The position numbers were made by a program, and so were the translations under genes. Of a stretch of DNA of 64,000 nt, positions 34,961 to 45,000 are shown piece by piece. The notes beneath the pieces were generated by a model. The model was not told the DNA's origin, made no database searches, and worked only from the letters and a program-made list of their open reading frames with translations. Position 1 is the stretch's first letter, and each line of letters starts with the position of its first letter. Origin of the DNA: an uncultured delta proteobacterium (GTDB taxonomy: Bacteria > Desulfobacterota > Binatia > UBA9968); the NCBI GenBank assembly GCA_963745035.1, contig CAVUVW010000013.1:672001-736000 (forward strand). Direction: 5' to 3'.

Positions 34961-35797
34961 ATGTCGCGGCCCGAACCGAGGCAGGAATCAGCGCCGGCAA
35001 TCGAAGCTCTGCTTAACTATCTGATCGATACCGGCGAGAAGCCCGCGAGCTACGGCGGGGTCAGCGCCGGCGAAGCCGACCGGCAGCGCAAGGGCAAATA
35101 TCAAGAGTATCGGATGCCCGTTTACGACGGGCGCGCTCTCGTCGACCAGCTTTCGCTGGAGCGCGAAGGTTTCATCTTCGTCGAGCATGAAACCAAGGTC
35201 AAAGATTTCTACGACGAAGCGGAGGTGCGCTCGGTCTACTATCCCGAAACCGAGCAGTTGATAAAACACTATTCCGGCGCCCGGCGCGTGCTGGTCTTCG
35301 ATCATACGCTGCGCTCGGCCGACAGCGCCGCGCGCGAGACAAAGCAGATCAGCGGTCCAGTCCGGAACGCGCATAACGACTACACCGAATGGTCGGGGCC
35401 GCAGCGAGTGCGCGATTTGCTCCCCGATGAAGCCGAAGATTTGCTGCAGCGCCGCTTCGCAGTCATTCAAACCTGGCGGCCGATCCGCCATATGGTCGAG
35501 CGCGAGCCGCTGGCCATCGCGGATGCCCGCAGTATTGGCACCGAGGAATTGGTTCCCAGCGCGCGTGTCTACCCGGATCGCGTCGGTGAGGTCTATCACT
35601 GCACGTTCAACCCCGAGCATCGCTGGTACTATTTTCCGAAAATGCAGCGCAACGAAGCGATGATTTTTAAATGCTTCGATTCGATGAAGGACGGCCGCGC
35701 GCGCTGGACCGCGCATTGCGCCTTCGACGATCCGGGCAGCCGCACCGATGCACCGCCGCGGGAAAGCATCGAAATGCGTACCCTGGCGTTTTTCTAA
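34961..35797 (+). CDS. CmcJ/NvfI (AsaB-like) family oxidoreductase
   Basis: FDHTLR, AHNDYT, QTWRPI, PLAIAD, HRWYY, AHCAF and RESIEMR motifs. Confidence 0.85.
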   Translation: MSRPEPRQESAPAIEALLNYLIDTGEKPASYGGVSAGEADRQRKGKYQEYRMPVYDGRALVDQLSLEREGFIFVEHETKVKDFYDEAEVRSVYYPETEQLIKHYSGARRVLVFDHTLRSADSAARETKQISGPVRNAHNDYTEWSGPQRVRDLLPDEAEDLLQRRFAVIQTWRPIRHMVEREPLAIADARSIGTEELVPSARVYPDRVGEVYHCTFNPEHRWYYFPKMQRNEAMIFKCFDSMKDGRARWTAHCAFDDPGSRTDAPPRESIEMRTLAFF

Positions 35798-35813
35798 TTT
35801 GTCGCGCTTCCAG

Positions 35814-35854
35814 ACAAACAAAAGGCCTGCACTCCTTTCGGAGCATAGGCCCTT
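35814..35854 (-). terminator. Intrinsic terminator GGCCTATGCTCC-GAAA-GGAGTGCAGGCC followed by TTTTTGTTTG
   Basis: GC-rich stem, GNRA loop and a U-tract on the minus strand. Confidence 0.7.
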
Positions 35855-35904
35855 GTTGACTCCTATCGCGGCCTGAGAGGTGGCTTTTACCTCCCAGAAT
35901 CGCG

Positions 35905-35970
35905 CTATTTATTCCTCTGTTTTTTCCTTGGCCGTTTCCGGCAAATCGTGCAGTCGATCTTGGCAGCCAT
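35905..35970 (-). CDS. Putative 21-aa small protein MAAKIDCTICRKRPRKKQRNK (or part of an sRNA)
   Basis: GGAGGAG RBS directly upstream, a TTGACG-16-TAAGTC promoter candidate and a downstream terminator. Confidence 0.35.
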   Translation of the reverse strand: MAAKIDCTICRKRPRKKQRNK

Positions 35971-36422
35971 ACTCTCCTCCGTAGTCTGCATAAGACTTAT
36001 CACTCGAACATTAGACGTCAATGAGGAATCCGCGATCTGGAGATCGGAAAGTTCCAATTTTCATCATGAATTCAAAAGGTTGAAAAAGTTTGGAGCCGTT
36101 GCGGGTCAAGTTAGCAAACAAATATTAAACAATAAGTTTAGTAAAATAATGTAAGCATCTCAATCAGCAAGATTTTCTCGACGAGCACGGATTGGCTCAT
36201 TGCGCCTCATGAGGCCGAAATTCAACGAGCACTGCAGCCAACGCGATGGAACTTGGTGCCGTATTCCGCACCGGGCTGAAGAATGAAAAACTTTTCTGGC
36301 ACCGTCCGTAGCCGTCAAGAAGCTTGAGTTTGGCCTAATGACGCTTGTCTTGGGGCAACGAGTTCCGGTAAAGTCCACAGAGAAGTTGCACTCAATCCAG
36401 CCACACTGAAAGGGAGGAATAG

Positions 36423-36869
36423 ATGCCTAAAATTGATAAAATCACCGTAGTCGACGTGGAAAAGGAAGCGAAATGGGGACGCCCCACCGGACGCAATTAC
36501 GCTCGTCCGACCCAAACCGACAAAGTGCATATTGCGCTCAACAGCTACGAGCCGGGCGTCAACGACGAGCTGCACTGCCATCCCGGCTCGGATCACACCT
36601 TCTTCGTCGTCCAGGGCGAATGCACGATGAAGGGCCTCAAGGATGACGAAGAGTTCGTCCTCAAGCAACACCAAGCCGTTCACGTTCCCGCCGGCTTTTT
36701 CTATCAGTTGAACAACACCGGCACCGAACGCTTGATCCTCTATCAGGTCAGCACCGAGCCGCTCAAAAAACCCAAGATCGGCAAGGTCATCTACGGGGTG
36801 CACACCGGTTTGAAGGATCACTTGTTTCATCCGGTGCAGCCCAAGGCCGCCGAGACGCAACGGTCATGA
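36423..36869 (+). CDS. Cupin domain protein
   Basis: LHCHPGSDHTFFVVQGE and VHVPAG motifs; RBS gggagg. Confidence 0.85.
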   Translation: MPKIDKITVVDVEKEAKWGRPTGRNYARPTQTDKVHIALNSYEPGVNDELHCHPGSDHTFFVVQGECTMKGLKDDEEFVLKQHQAVHVPAGFFYQLNNTGTERLILYQVSTEPLKKPKIGKVIYGVHTGLKDHLFHPVQPKAAETQRS

Positions 36870-37123
36870 CCTTTGCAGACGTGCTGGATTGGTGCCGAAA
36901 GAATCGCGCCGACGTGCGCGGAGTTTATCGGAACAAAGATATTTCGATTTCGCACAAGGATGCAGAGCTTCCCGCCGCGCTGCCACCCATCAGCGCCATT
37001 TTTCATTGGGATCTCAAAATGCCCGAGTTGGATCACTACGTCAGCAGCTCGGACTTCGAACGCATCGTCGACGGCAAGCTGACCATCGACGGATTCAAGA
37101 GCACCTTGCGCGGCGGCGATTAG
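36866..37123 (+). CDS. Hypothetical protein (85 aa)
   Basis: ATGA overlap with the cupin gene; followed by a terminator. Confidence 0.7.
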   Translation: MTFADVLDWCRKNRADVRGVYRNKDISISHKDAELPAALPPISAIFHWDLKMPELDHYVSSSDFERIVDGKLTIDGFKSTLRGGD

Positions 37124-37147
37124 TAGGGATATCGATTCGTTGTCACG

Positions 37148-37186
37148 AAAGCGCCACTTCGCAGCCGGAGTGGCGCTTTTGTTTTT
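37148..37186 (+). terminator. Intrinsic terminator, probably bidirectional
   Basis: AAAGCGCCACTTC-gcagcc-GGAGTGGCGCTTT then TGTTTTT, between convergent genes. Confidence 0.8.
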
Positions 37187-37200
37187 GATCGCGGGAAATC

Positions 37201-37959
37201 CTACGCGGGCAGATTCGGGTTATCGACTTGCGGCGAGCTCCACTTCAGGTGGCGCTCGAGAAAATCCACGACCAGCGGCCACGAGAGATCCGCTGCGTGC
37301 GCATTATACCCAGGCGCCCCCGGATCGACGTAGCCGTGCCCGCCGAAAGGAAAGAAATGCCACTCCAGGGGTTGGCCATTTTCCTTGAACGCTTGCCACA
37401 TCTGCTCCTGCACCGGCAGCACGGTCGTCACGTCGTCGGCGCCGTAGAGGTTGATCGACGGACAGCGAATCTTTCTGGCGCTCACGGAAGGATGGACCGG
37501 GCGGAGCGGCGAGTCGGGCTCGGCGCGCACCGTGGGATAGTAGCCGATAAAGGCGCGCACATCCGGCGTCGCCGCGACGAAGTGAATCGCGATGCGCCCG
37601 CCCATGCAGTAGCCGCAGACCGCCACCCGGTTTTTGTTTACCGTCGGCTGCTTGAGCAAAAATTGCCAGCCTTCGGTCAACACCCGGGTAAACTCCGGGT
37701 CCGGCGTCTTAGCTTGGATCTGCGATCCTGAAACGATATGGGTCGGCTCGGGATAACCCAACTGCTCAAAAACGTTAATGGCGAATGTCGTGTAGCCCAG
37801 CTTGGCGAATTTCCGCGTTTCGGTTTTGATATACTCACCCAAGCCGCCCTTGGGATGAATCAAATACAGCGCCGGCCCGGGCTCGGCACGCTCCGGATAA
37901 GACAAGAATCCCGCCACTCCATGCTCTTTGGTCGCAAAAGCCCTTTCAATGATGCGCAT
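37201..37959 (-). CDS. Dienelactone hydrolase family protein
   Basis: GYCMGG nucleophile, YGADD and GHGY motifs. Confidence 0.9.
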   Translation of the reverse strand: MRIIERAFATKEHGVAGFLSYPERAEPGPALYLIHPKGGLGEYIKTETRKFAKLGYTTFAINVFEQLGYPEPTHIVSGSQIQAKTPDPEFTRVLTEGWQFLLKQPTVNKNRVAVCGYCMGGRIAIHFVAATPDVRAFIGYYPTVRAEPDSPLRPVHPSVSARKIRCPSINLYGADDVTTVLPVQEQMWQAFKENGQPLEWHFFPFGGHGYVDPGAPGYNAHAADLSWPLVVDFLERHLKWSSPQVDNPNLPA

Positions 37960-38267
37960 CGATCGCTCCTCGTGGTTTGATTGCTCGAATCGATACCTAG
38001 CACGATCGCGCGAGAATCGTAAAGGGCGTGCTCAGGCGAAACTCCGTCAGGCCCGCATCACTCCCCTGGCGCTCGGCTTCGTCGCACAAAAGCAACGTCC
38101 ATGCTCTCCGTGTAATCCGCCTCGTACCCGCAGAGCGCATCAACTCTCCGCAACTCACCAAGACTGAACACTATTGGGCAACCCGTATGGAATCACAATC
38201 CTCAGGAGAATTTTTCACTGGTTCGTAGGCGAGCATTTTCAGCAACTTACGTGAATTACCTGAAAGC

Positions 38268-39236
38268 ATGACTGATGGAATAAGATTTGCTGCCGTCCTG
38301 GTCACCAATTTCCGGGAGTTTTTGGTGCCCCTGCAAAACGACCTCCAATCGCCGCGGAGCCTGAGCCAGTCGAAATTGCCGCACAAGAGCAAAGGGGAAC
38401 TTGTTGCCCTCCCCGCCACTCCATCTTTTTCGCTCGACGAAGCCAGTACGATTGTCGAAATCGAGGTTCGGGCCGACCAACTTCTGAACTACATCGACAA
38501 GCTCACGTCTTTCGCCGACCGGGCTTGCAGCGCAGCGATTCGTCAGACTGAAACGGCCCATCGCATAGAAGATCGGTTCACTGAAATCGCCGATTTGCGC
38601 CGCACGCTCGAGCACCAGAACGCAAAGCTTCAAGAGCAGCAACTCGCCATGGTCCGCTTGGAGCAACAGTCGAAGGCGCAAATCACTGCCCTGGAAGTGC
38701 GGCTGCGCCAGAACGAAATGCAGCGAGCCGAAGAGAAACGACAGGACCTCTTGCGCGGCGAGAACGCCGGTCTCGTAAGCCGCCTCAAAGAAGCCGAAGC
38801 GCTCGTCCCACAAGTCCAAGAACGCAATCACGACTGGAGCGAACCGCTCGGTCAAGAGCTGGAAGCTCTGAAACTTCAATTGGCCGAACGAGACGAAACC
38901 ATTCAAGCCAAGAATGTCATGATCAAACAAATCGAGAGCGACTCACGCGCTAAGATCCTAGACATCGAGCAGCGCTTGCGCGACGCCGAGAAGGCACTCG
39001 AAGGTCATGAGGCGATACTGAAAGAAAAAGACGCCGTGATTCGAGCCACAGCCCTCAAAGAGGCGGAGATGGGCAACCTGATCAAACGTCTGTCCGCCGA
39101 ATGCGCCAAGCTCAACAACGAGCTTCAGGAACGAAACCGAGCCCTTTCCCAGAACCACGGCACCCGCGCAGAACCCCGCGCCGACGCCAACATTTGGCGT
39201 CGGGTGATCGGCCGCTTGCAAGAAGATCCGCAGTGA
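38268..39236 (+). CDS. Long coiled-coil hypothetical protein (start uncertain)
   Basis: E/Q/K/R/L-rich heptads over about 230 aa; C-terminal IWRRVIGRL. Confidence 0.7.
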   Translation: MTDGIRFAAVLVTNFREFLVPLQNDLQSPRSLSQSKLPHKSKGELVALPATPSFSLDEASTIVEIEVRADQLLNYIDKLTSFADRACSAAIRQTETAHRIEDRFTEIADLRRTLEHQNAKLQEQQLAMVRLEQQSKAQITALEVRLRQNEMQRAEEKRQDLLRGENAGLVSRLKEAEALVPQVQERNHDWSEPLGQELEALKLQLAERDETIQAKNVMIKQIESDSRAKILDIEQRLRDAEKALEGHEAILKEKDAVIRATALKEAEMGNLIKRLSAECAKLNNELQERNRALSQNHGTRAEPRADANIWRRVIGRLQEDPQ

Positions 39237-39272
39237 AGAACAGTCGCATCAGTTTAGCTGGCTGTCAGTCCA

Positions 39273-40265
39273 TTAATCGAACATGCCGGCGCGATCGAGA
39301 CGCTCGACGAAAGACGAATCGATCAGCGACGCGACATTGATGTTCTTCGCCTTGGGATTGGATTCGGCGATCATTTCCAAAAGCAGCTTCATGGCGGCCG
39401 GGTCCGCATACGGCTTCTTGAGCATCATGTCTCGGTAGGTTTCGTAGCCTTCCTCGATCATCGCGCGATTTTTCTCCAACGGCAGCCGCAGATATTTGGC
39501 CAATATCCGCATGCTTTCCTCTTTGTTGGCCTTGTTCCGATTGAACTGCATCCCTTCGACCAGCGTCGTGACGAACCGCACAACCGTGGCGGAATCGTCG
39601 CGTAAAGTTTTCTCCGAGACCGCGACAATGTTGCGCAAATACGGCACGTCGAGCGGCGCCAGATCCACCAGCAGCCGGTAACCTTCCTTGGCGGCCATCG
39701 TGGTGTACGGCGGATCGAGAATGGCCGCGGCAACCCGATTGGCGAGCAGCGCCTCGAAGCGCGCGGTTTTGCCGCCGATATTGAGCGGCACGACTTGATC
39801 TCGGGACATACCGAGTTCCTTCAAGCTTAGCAGCAGCCCGGTGTATGGCAGGCCGGAAAAACCGGTGATCGCCACAGACTTGCCGCGTAGCTCGGCCGCG
39901 GAGCGGATCGATGGGTGAACGACCAGTGCGAGGTTCAAGCCGCGCGCCGTCCCCATGACCATCTTGACCGGGAACCCGCCAAGAGCGCTATGCACGACTT
40001 TGTCCGGCGACGTGAGATCGAACTGAATATCGCCCGATACCAGCGCGTTGATGTCGTTGCTGCGGCTGAATGTCACCATGCGCGTATCGAGATCGCGCTT
40101 CTTGAAAAATCCCTTTTCCTCGGCGATGTACGCCGGCAAGAACATCGCGCCGCGCACGCCCTCGCCAACGATGATCGTCTTGGTTTGCGCGCAAACGTCA
40201 CCGGCGAATGAGGCAACATATAGCGCGGCGGTGACCAAGCAATATGCAAATCGATTCATAACCAT
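39273..40265 (-). CDS. ABC substrate-binding protein, NMT1/SsuA family
   Basis: Signal peptide, EEKGFF, ALVSGDIQF, ELRGKSVA and IDSSFV motifs. Confidence 0.88.
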   Translation of the reverse strand: MVMNRFAYCLVTAALYVASFAGDVCAQTKTIIVGEGVRGAMFLPAYIAEEKGFFKKRDLDTRMVTFSRSNDINALVSGDIQFDLTSPDKVVHSALGGFPVKMVMGTARGLNLALVVHPSIRSAAELRGKSVAITGFSGLPYTGLLLSLKELGMSRDQVVPLNIGGKTARFEALLANRVAAAILDPPYTTMAAKEGYRLLVDLAPLDVPYLRNIVAVSEKTLRDDSATVVRFVTTLVEGMQFNRNKANKEESMRILAKYLRLPLEKNRAMIEEGYETYRDMMLKKPYADPAAMKLLLEMIAESNPKAKNINVASLIDSSFVERLDRAGMFD

Positions 40266-40294
40266 TCTCCCCAGACTAACACCTCATTGGTCCA

Positions 40295-41903
40295 TCATTC
40301 CGATCTTTCCACTGCCACCGTCTGCAGGTGCGTCCCTGTGCGCCCCGGGATGTACGCGGATTTCGCGCCGGCACCGCCGGCGACAACGATCCAGATGTCT
40401 TCGGGACGATCCACGGCGCCGACTTCGCGCGCCGACTCGTTGTTGAACCACATCGGCCGGCGCTTCGAAAGCAGCTCGAGATTTTCGTCCGAGATCTTTT
40501 CATACGGGACTCGAGCCATGGCGAACAATTCCTGGCGGATGGCAGCCTTCGAATATCCCGCAGCCGCAAAGATAGCTGCGTGCTCCGGACAGACGACAAA
40601 GAGAACTTCGGTCGTCGTCACTCCGCTCGCCAGACCGCCGGCCATGGTCAGCGCGAAGGTTTTCAGCAGTCCTTTAGCGGTCTGACTCGCCATATCGACC
40701 GCGCTGTAAACCCCGCTGCAGCCGGTTACGTGCACCGTATCCATCGTTGCACGGCAACCGCGCTCGACATGCAATGGCTCCCAGGGATTCTCCTCCTCGT
40801 TTTCCCCAAAACAGAAAGTATATTTCGCGGGCTGGCCGACCGTCGATTTATCGAACTCGCCGGGAGCCGCGCCGCCGACGTTGGTCAGGGTCAAGCGCAA
40901 CGCTCTGCCGATGGTGGCGTTCGCGCGCCAGCCCTGGCCGAGCACGTTGGCGCCGCAGTTGAGTGTCCAGGCTCTTGCGGCAAGGACCGTTGACGATAAT
41001 CATCGGCGCGACGTTGCCGGTGGTGGTCTGCACGCCGTCAAGATTGAAGCCGGGCTTCAGCACACCTTTTACCGCGGCGACCACCAACGGAAAATATTCC
41101 GGCAAACATCCCGCCATCACCGCATTAGCGGCGATCTTTTCGACGCTCGCGACGCCGTTCAACGGCGGCAGCACACCGAGCACGAAATTTCCGTCCAAGC
41201 CACCGGCCGCGATCATTTCATCGACCGCCGCCCGTGTCGGCGGCAGCACCGGCAGACCGTCGCTCCAGCCGCGGCGTATCAGCTCTGCGAACAACGCGCC
41301 AGGATCGCTTGAAAGCTTGATCGCAGAATCCAAAGTCGGAACTCTGTCGCCGGACGCCTGCGCTGCGGGCCGGCTTTGACGGAGCAGATCGTTCACGATC
41401 GAATCGACCGTCGACTCCGCGAGCGCCTGCAATTGAACCAGTGAGATCGTCCCCACCGGATGCGGCACTTTCACCAACGGTAAATCTGCCATGCCGCGAT
41501 TCTGCGCTTCGGTTTGCGCCAGCTTGAGAAACTCCGTTGAAACCACCGTCGCGGTGGGTATGCCGGCGCCTTCGAGCTTGACCGAGTCGTGGATACTCCA
41601 CGACGTGCACGAACCTCAATCGGCGAACGCGTTGATCACCACATCGCAGCGACCGATCAGCTCCGGCAGGCACTCGGCTTCCGTGCGGCTCATCTTGCGC
41701 CTGGGCACCAGCTCGATATCGCTGTATCGCTGCGTGAGCAACGCGCCGATCCATTGAAGAAATTTGTCGGCATTGGGTTTGTTGTTGTCGAGCAAGCCGA
41801 CGCACAGTCCGTGGAGACTGCCGCCCCGGCGCTCCGCCACCCCGGTTCTCTTGCCGGCGCGCTGTCCGACCGGACTGATGATCTCAATAGTGTCCGCGCT
41901 CAT
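40295..41903 (-). CDS. UGSC-family selenoprotein fused to a WSDGLPVLPPT-type partner domain (~535 aa); Sec at TGA 41616-41618, frameshift near 40964
   Basis: GLLDNNKPNA...NAFAD-TGA-GSCTSWSIHD...AGIPT reads in frame into ORF 40848..41546. Removing one base restores NCGANVLGQGWRANATIGRA. Confidence 0.85.
41586..41604 (-). promoter_or_regulatory. SECIS-like hairpin GTCGTGGA-GTA-TCCACGAC, 11 nt after the UGA
   Basis: Perfect 8-bp stem with a G-initiated loop at canonical spacing. Confidence 0.7.
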
Positions 41904-42085
41904 TGACGCCTCCCGAAGCACGCGCCTGCACTACGTGCGGCGATGACTCGCAACATGGGTTTCACTCGGAATCTTGGGGCGCATGATGGTCAACTCTGGG
42001 CCCACAGTAGTCCCGTTGAACGCCGCCGCGCAAGGCTGATCGAGGCGAAATTAATTATGAAAAGAGTTGGCGAGGATTTTAGAGT

Positions 42086-45000
42086 TTAAATGCCGTCGAC
42101 GTTCGATGCGACCAAGCCCATCTGGTCGTCGGATTGACTCTTGTCGGCGGGCCGCGCCGCCGCTGAGCCTGCGCTGACCGGCAGATGCACGATAAACGTC
42201 GAGCCGCGTTCGAACTCGCTTTGCACCGCCACACGCCCGCCCAGCAGATCGACATATTTTCGCACGATATAAAGCCCCAGGCCGACGCCGCCAAACTTCC
42301 GCGTAGCGGAACTGTCCACCTGCTGAAACATGTCGAAAATGGTCTGGATCTTTTCCGCGGGGATGCCGATTCCGGTATCGGCGACTTTCAACTCGATCTC
42401 GTTGGTCGCGGCCAGGTGGCGGACGGAAATCGTCACCACGCCCCGATCGGTGAACTTGATCGCGTTGTTGACCAGATTTTGAAGCACCGCCTTCAACTTT
42501 TCGTCGTCCGTCGCCATCGACGGCAAGTCGGTCGCATATTCCCAAGCAATCGCCAGGTCCTTGCCGAAGGGGATGTTGTAGTTTCGCCGCAGCTCGTCGA
42601 GCAGGCCGACCAGGTCCACCGGCCGCGCGCTTGTCTGCACCGCGCCGGCCTCGATCCGGGTGACCTGCAACACGCCGCTGATCATGTGGAAGAGGTCCAT
42701 GGCCTGGCTGCTGATCGTTTCCAACGCTCTTTTCTGCTCCTCGCTCACGTGGCCGAGAATCCCCTGCATCATGATTTCAGTGTAGCCCTTGATGACGTTC
42801 AACGGCGTTCTCAGCTCGTGCGAGATGACGCCGAGAAACTCGTCTTTCCCTTGGCTGGCTCGCTCAAGCTCGATGGTCTTTTTCTGCAATTGCGCGAACA
42901 GCCGCGCGTTACCCGCCGCGACGCTGAGATGATAGGCGATGGCGTTAATCAGTTGGACCTCGCTGTCGGAAAAGTAATAGGGTTTGCGGCCGAGAAAATG
43001 CATCACTCCCAGTCCTTCGCCACGAACCTTTAACGGAATGAGAAACGAGCTGCGAAACCCCGCCTTGAACAAGTATTTGTTGTGCGCCAGTTTATCGTAG
43101 ACTGGATCGGAGGCCATGTCCTCCACGAACGCTGCCTTGCCGGTTTGGACCACCTTGCCTAATTGGCCCTCTCCGGCGCCGTAGCGGAACACGAGCTGGA
43201 CGCCCTCAGGCATGCCGCAGTGCGCGACCAGACGCAGGTCGCCGTTTTCTTCATCGCTCAAATAGATCCGCGCCGCGTCGAAGTCGAAAATCGCCAATAC
43301 CTTTACCATGGTTTGGCCGAGCACGGCGTCGATGTCCAGGGACTCGCCGGCGATCCCGGCAATCGAGTACAGCGCGGACAGCTCTTTAGCTTTGGCGGCG
43401 GTTTGAGAATAGAGCGTGGCGTTTTCGACCGCGATGCCGATTTGATGGGTCATCGACATCAGCAGGCGCGTCTCATGGGCCTGGAGTCGGCGCGCCTCGC
43501 GGCCGACAAATACCGCCACACCCCATGTCCTGAGCTTGGTCGCGACCGGAAAAGCCGCAAAGAAGCCGGCGCTCGTGGACTCGAGAATTTTGCTGTGACT
43601 GAGCTCCAAATAGCGCGGGTCGTTTCTGACGTCCTCGAAAACGAAAACCTCGCCGGTTTCCGCGGCTCGACCGACGATGCCCTGCCCGCGCTGGAAGCTA
43701 CCGAGCTTGGTCCACAGCTCGGGTTGCTCCTCGAAAACTGCGGCGACGCGCAGTTCGGTCATCTCGGCGTCAAAAAGAAAAATCCGCGTGGCGTCGAAAT
43801 GAAAAATCTCGGTGACCTTTTCTATCGCCGACCGTAGGGTCTCGGAGAGGTCCAAAGAGCGGGTCGCCGCAATCGTGAGCGCGTGCAAGGCCGAAAGCTC
43901 GCCGGCGCTCTGCCGCGTTTCGTCGTAGAGCATGGCGTTATGGATCGCGATGGCGGACTGTCCCGCCAGGGTGGTGAGGAATTCGATTTCTTCGTCGCTG
44001 AAGGAATGCTCCTCCTTGGTGAAGAAGGCGATGAGCCCGAGGAGCTGATTTTTCGCGACCAGGGGAATTCCGAGATACGAGACCAGCCCCCAGCGATGGG
44101 CGAAACGATGGTCGTCGCTGCGCGGGTCGGTCCGCAAGTTGGCAATGGTGAGAGGAATCTTGTTTTCGAGCACGATCTTGGCAAAACCATGCATCGGGCG
44201 CGGATTGCCCGTCCGCCACTCGCTCTCGCTGATATTGCGGCACGCCGCTGGCTCCAAGGTTCCCGTTTCCTTGTTGATCAGGCGGACGGTGGTCACGGCC
44301 CCGGGTAAGACCAGTTCGACTTTCTCGAGCAACAGATCGAGCATGGAGCGGAGGTCCAGGGTCGAAGTAATCGCCATTTCGATATCATGCAGCGCTTCGA
44401 GCCGCTGGAGGTTTCGTCCAAGCCGCTGGCCGGCGGCGACGGCCTCATCCCGCCGGGTTTCCAGCGTGGCGGCCATCCGGTCAAACGACGCGGCGACCCG
44501 TCCGATTTCATTACGATCGTGCGGCAATCCGGTGCGCGCGGCGAGATCCCCGGCGCCGAGCCGCTCGCTCGTGCTCACCAAAGTGCGCAGCGGCGCCAAT
44601 ACGAACGTGTCGCCGCCATACCAGGCAGCAATGAGCGCCAGCGCAGTCACAAGCAGCAGTGCTGCCAGATTGCGCCGCAACAACCAATCGGCGTCGGCCA
44701 AGGCAACGTCCGCCGGTATGCCGAGGCGCAGAAAAATCTGACCGTTGGCGGGAGTGTCGCCGATCGCTGTAAAGCCGTAGAACCGTTTCTTGCCGTCCAA
44801 CCCCGAGACTTCGGCAACACCTTCTTGCGCGGCGGCCGCCTTGCCGGTCCCCGCTTGCGGCCGATATTCGCCGATAGATGCCTCATCGTCGGGGTAACGG
44901 GCGAGCACGGTTCCATCGCGGTCATAGATCTCGAGAGAAGCATAACCGGGTAAGGCGGCGTTGCCGGCGATTTGCTTCAGATTGGCCACATCGAACGCGG

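Noticed and set aside
36180-36410. Possible riboswitch (fluoride-like GCGATGG...CTAATGAC) in the cupin leader
   Set aside because: The required stem and pseudoknot pairing and the compact spacing are not present.
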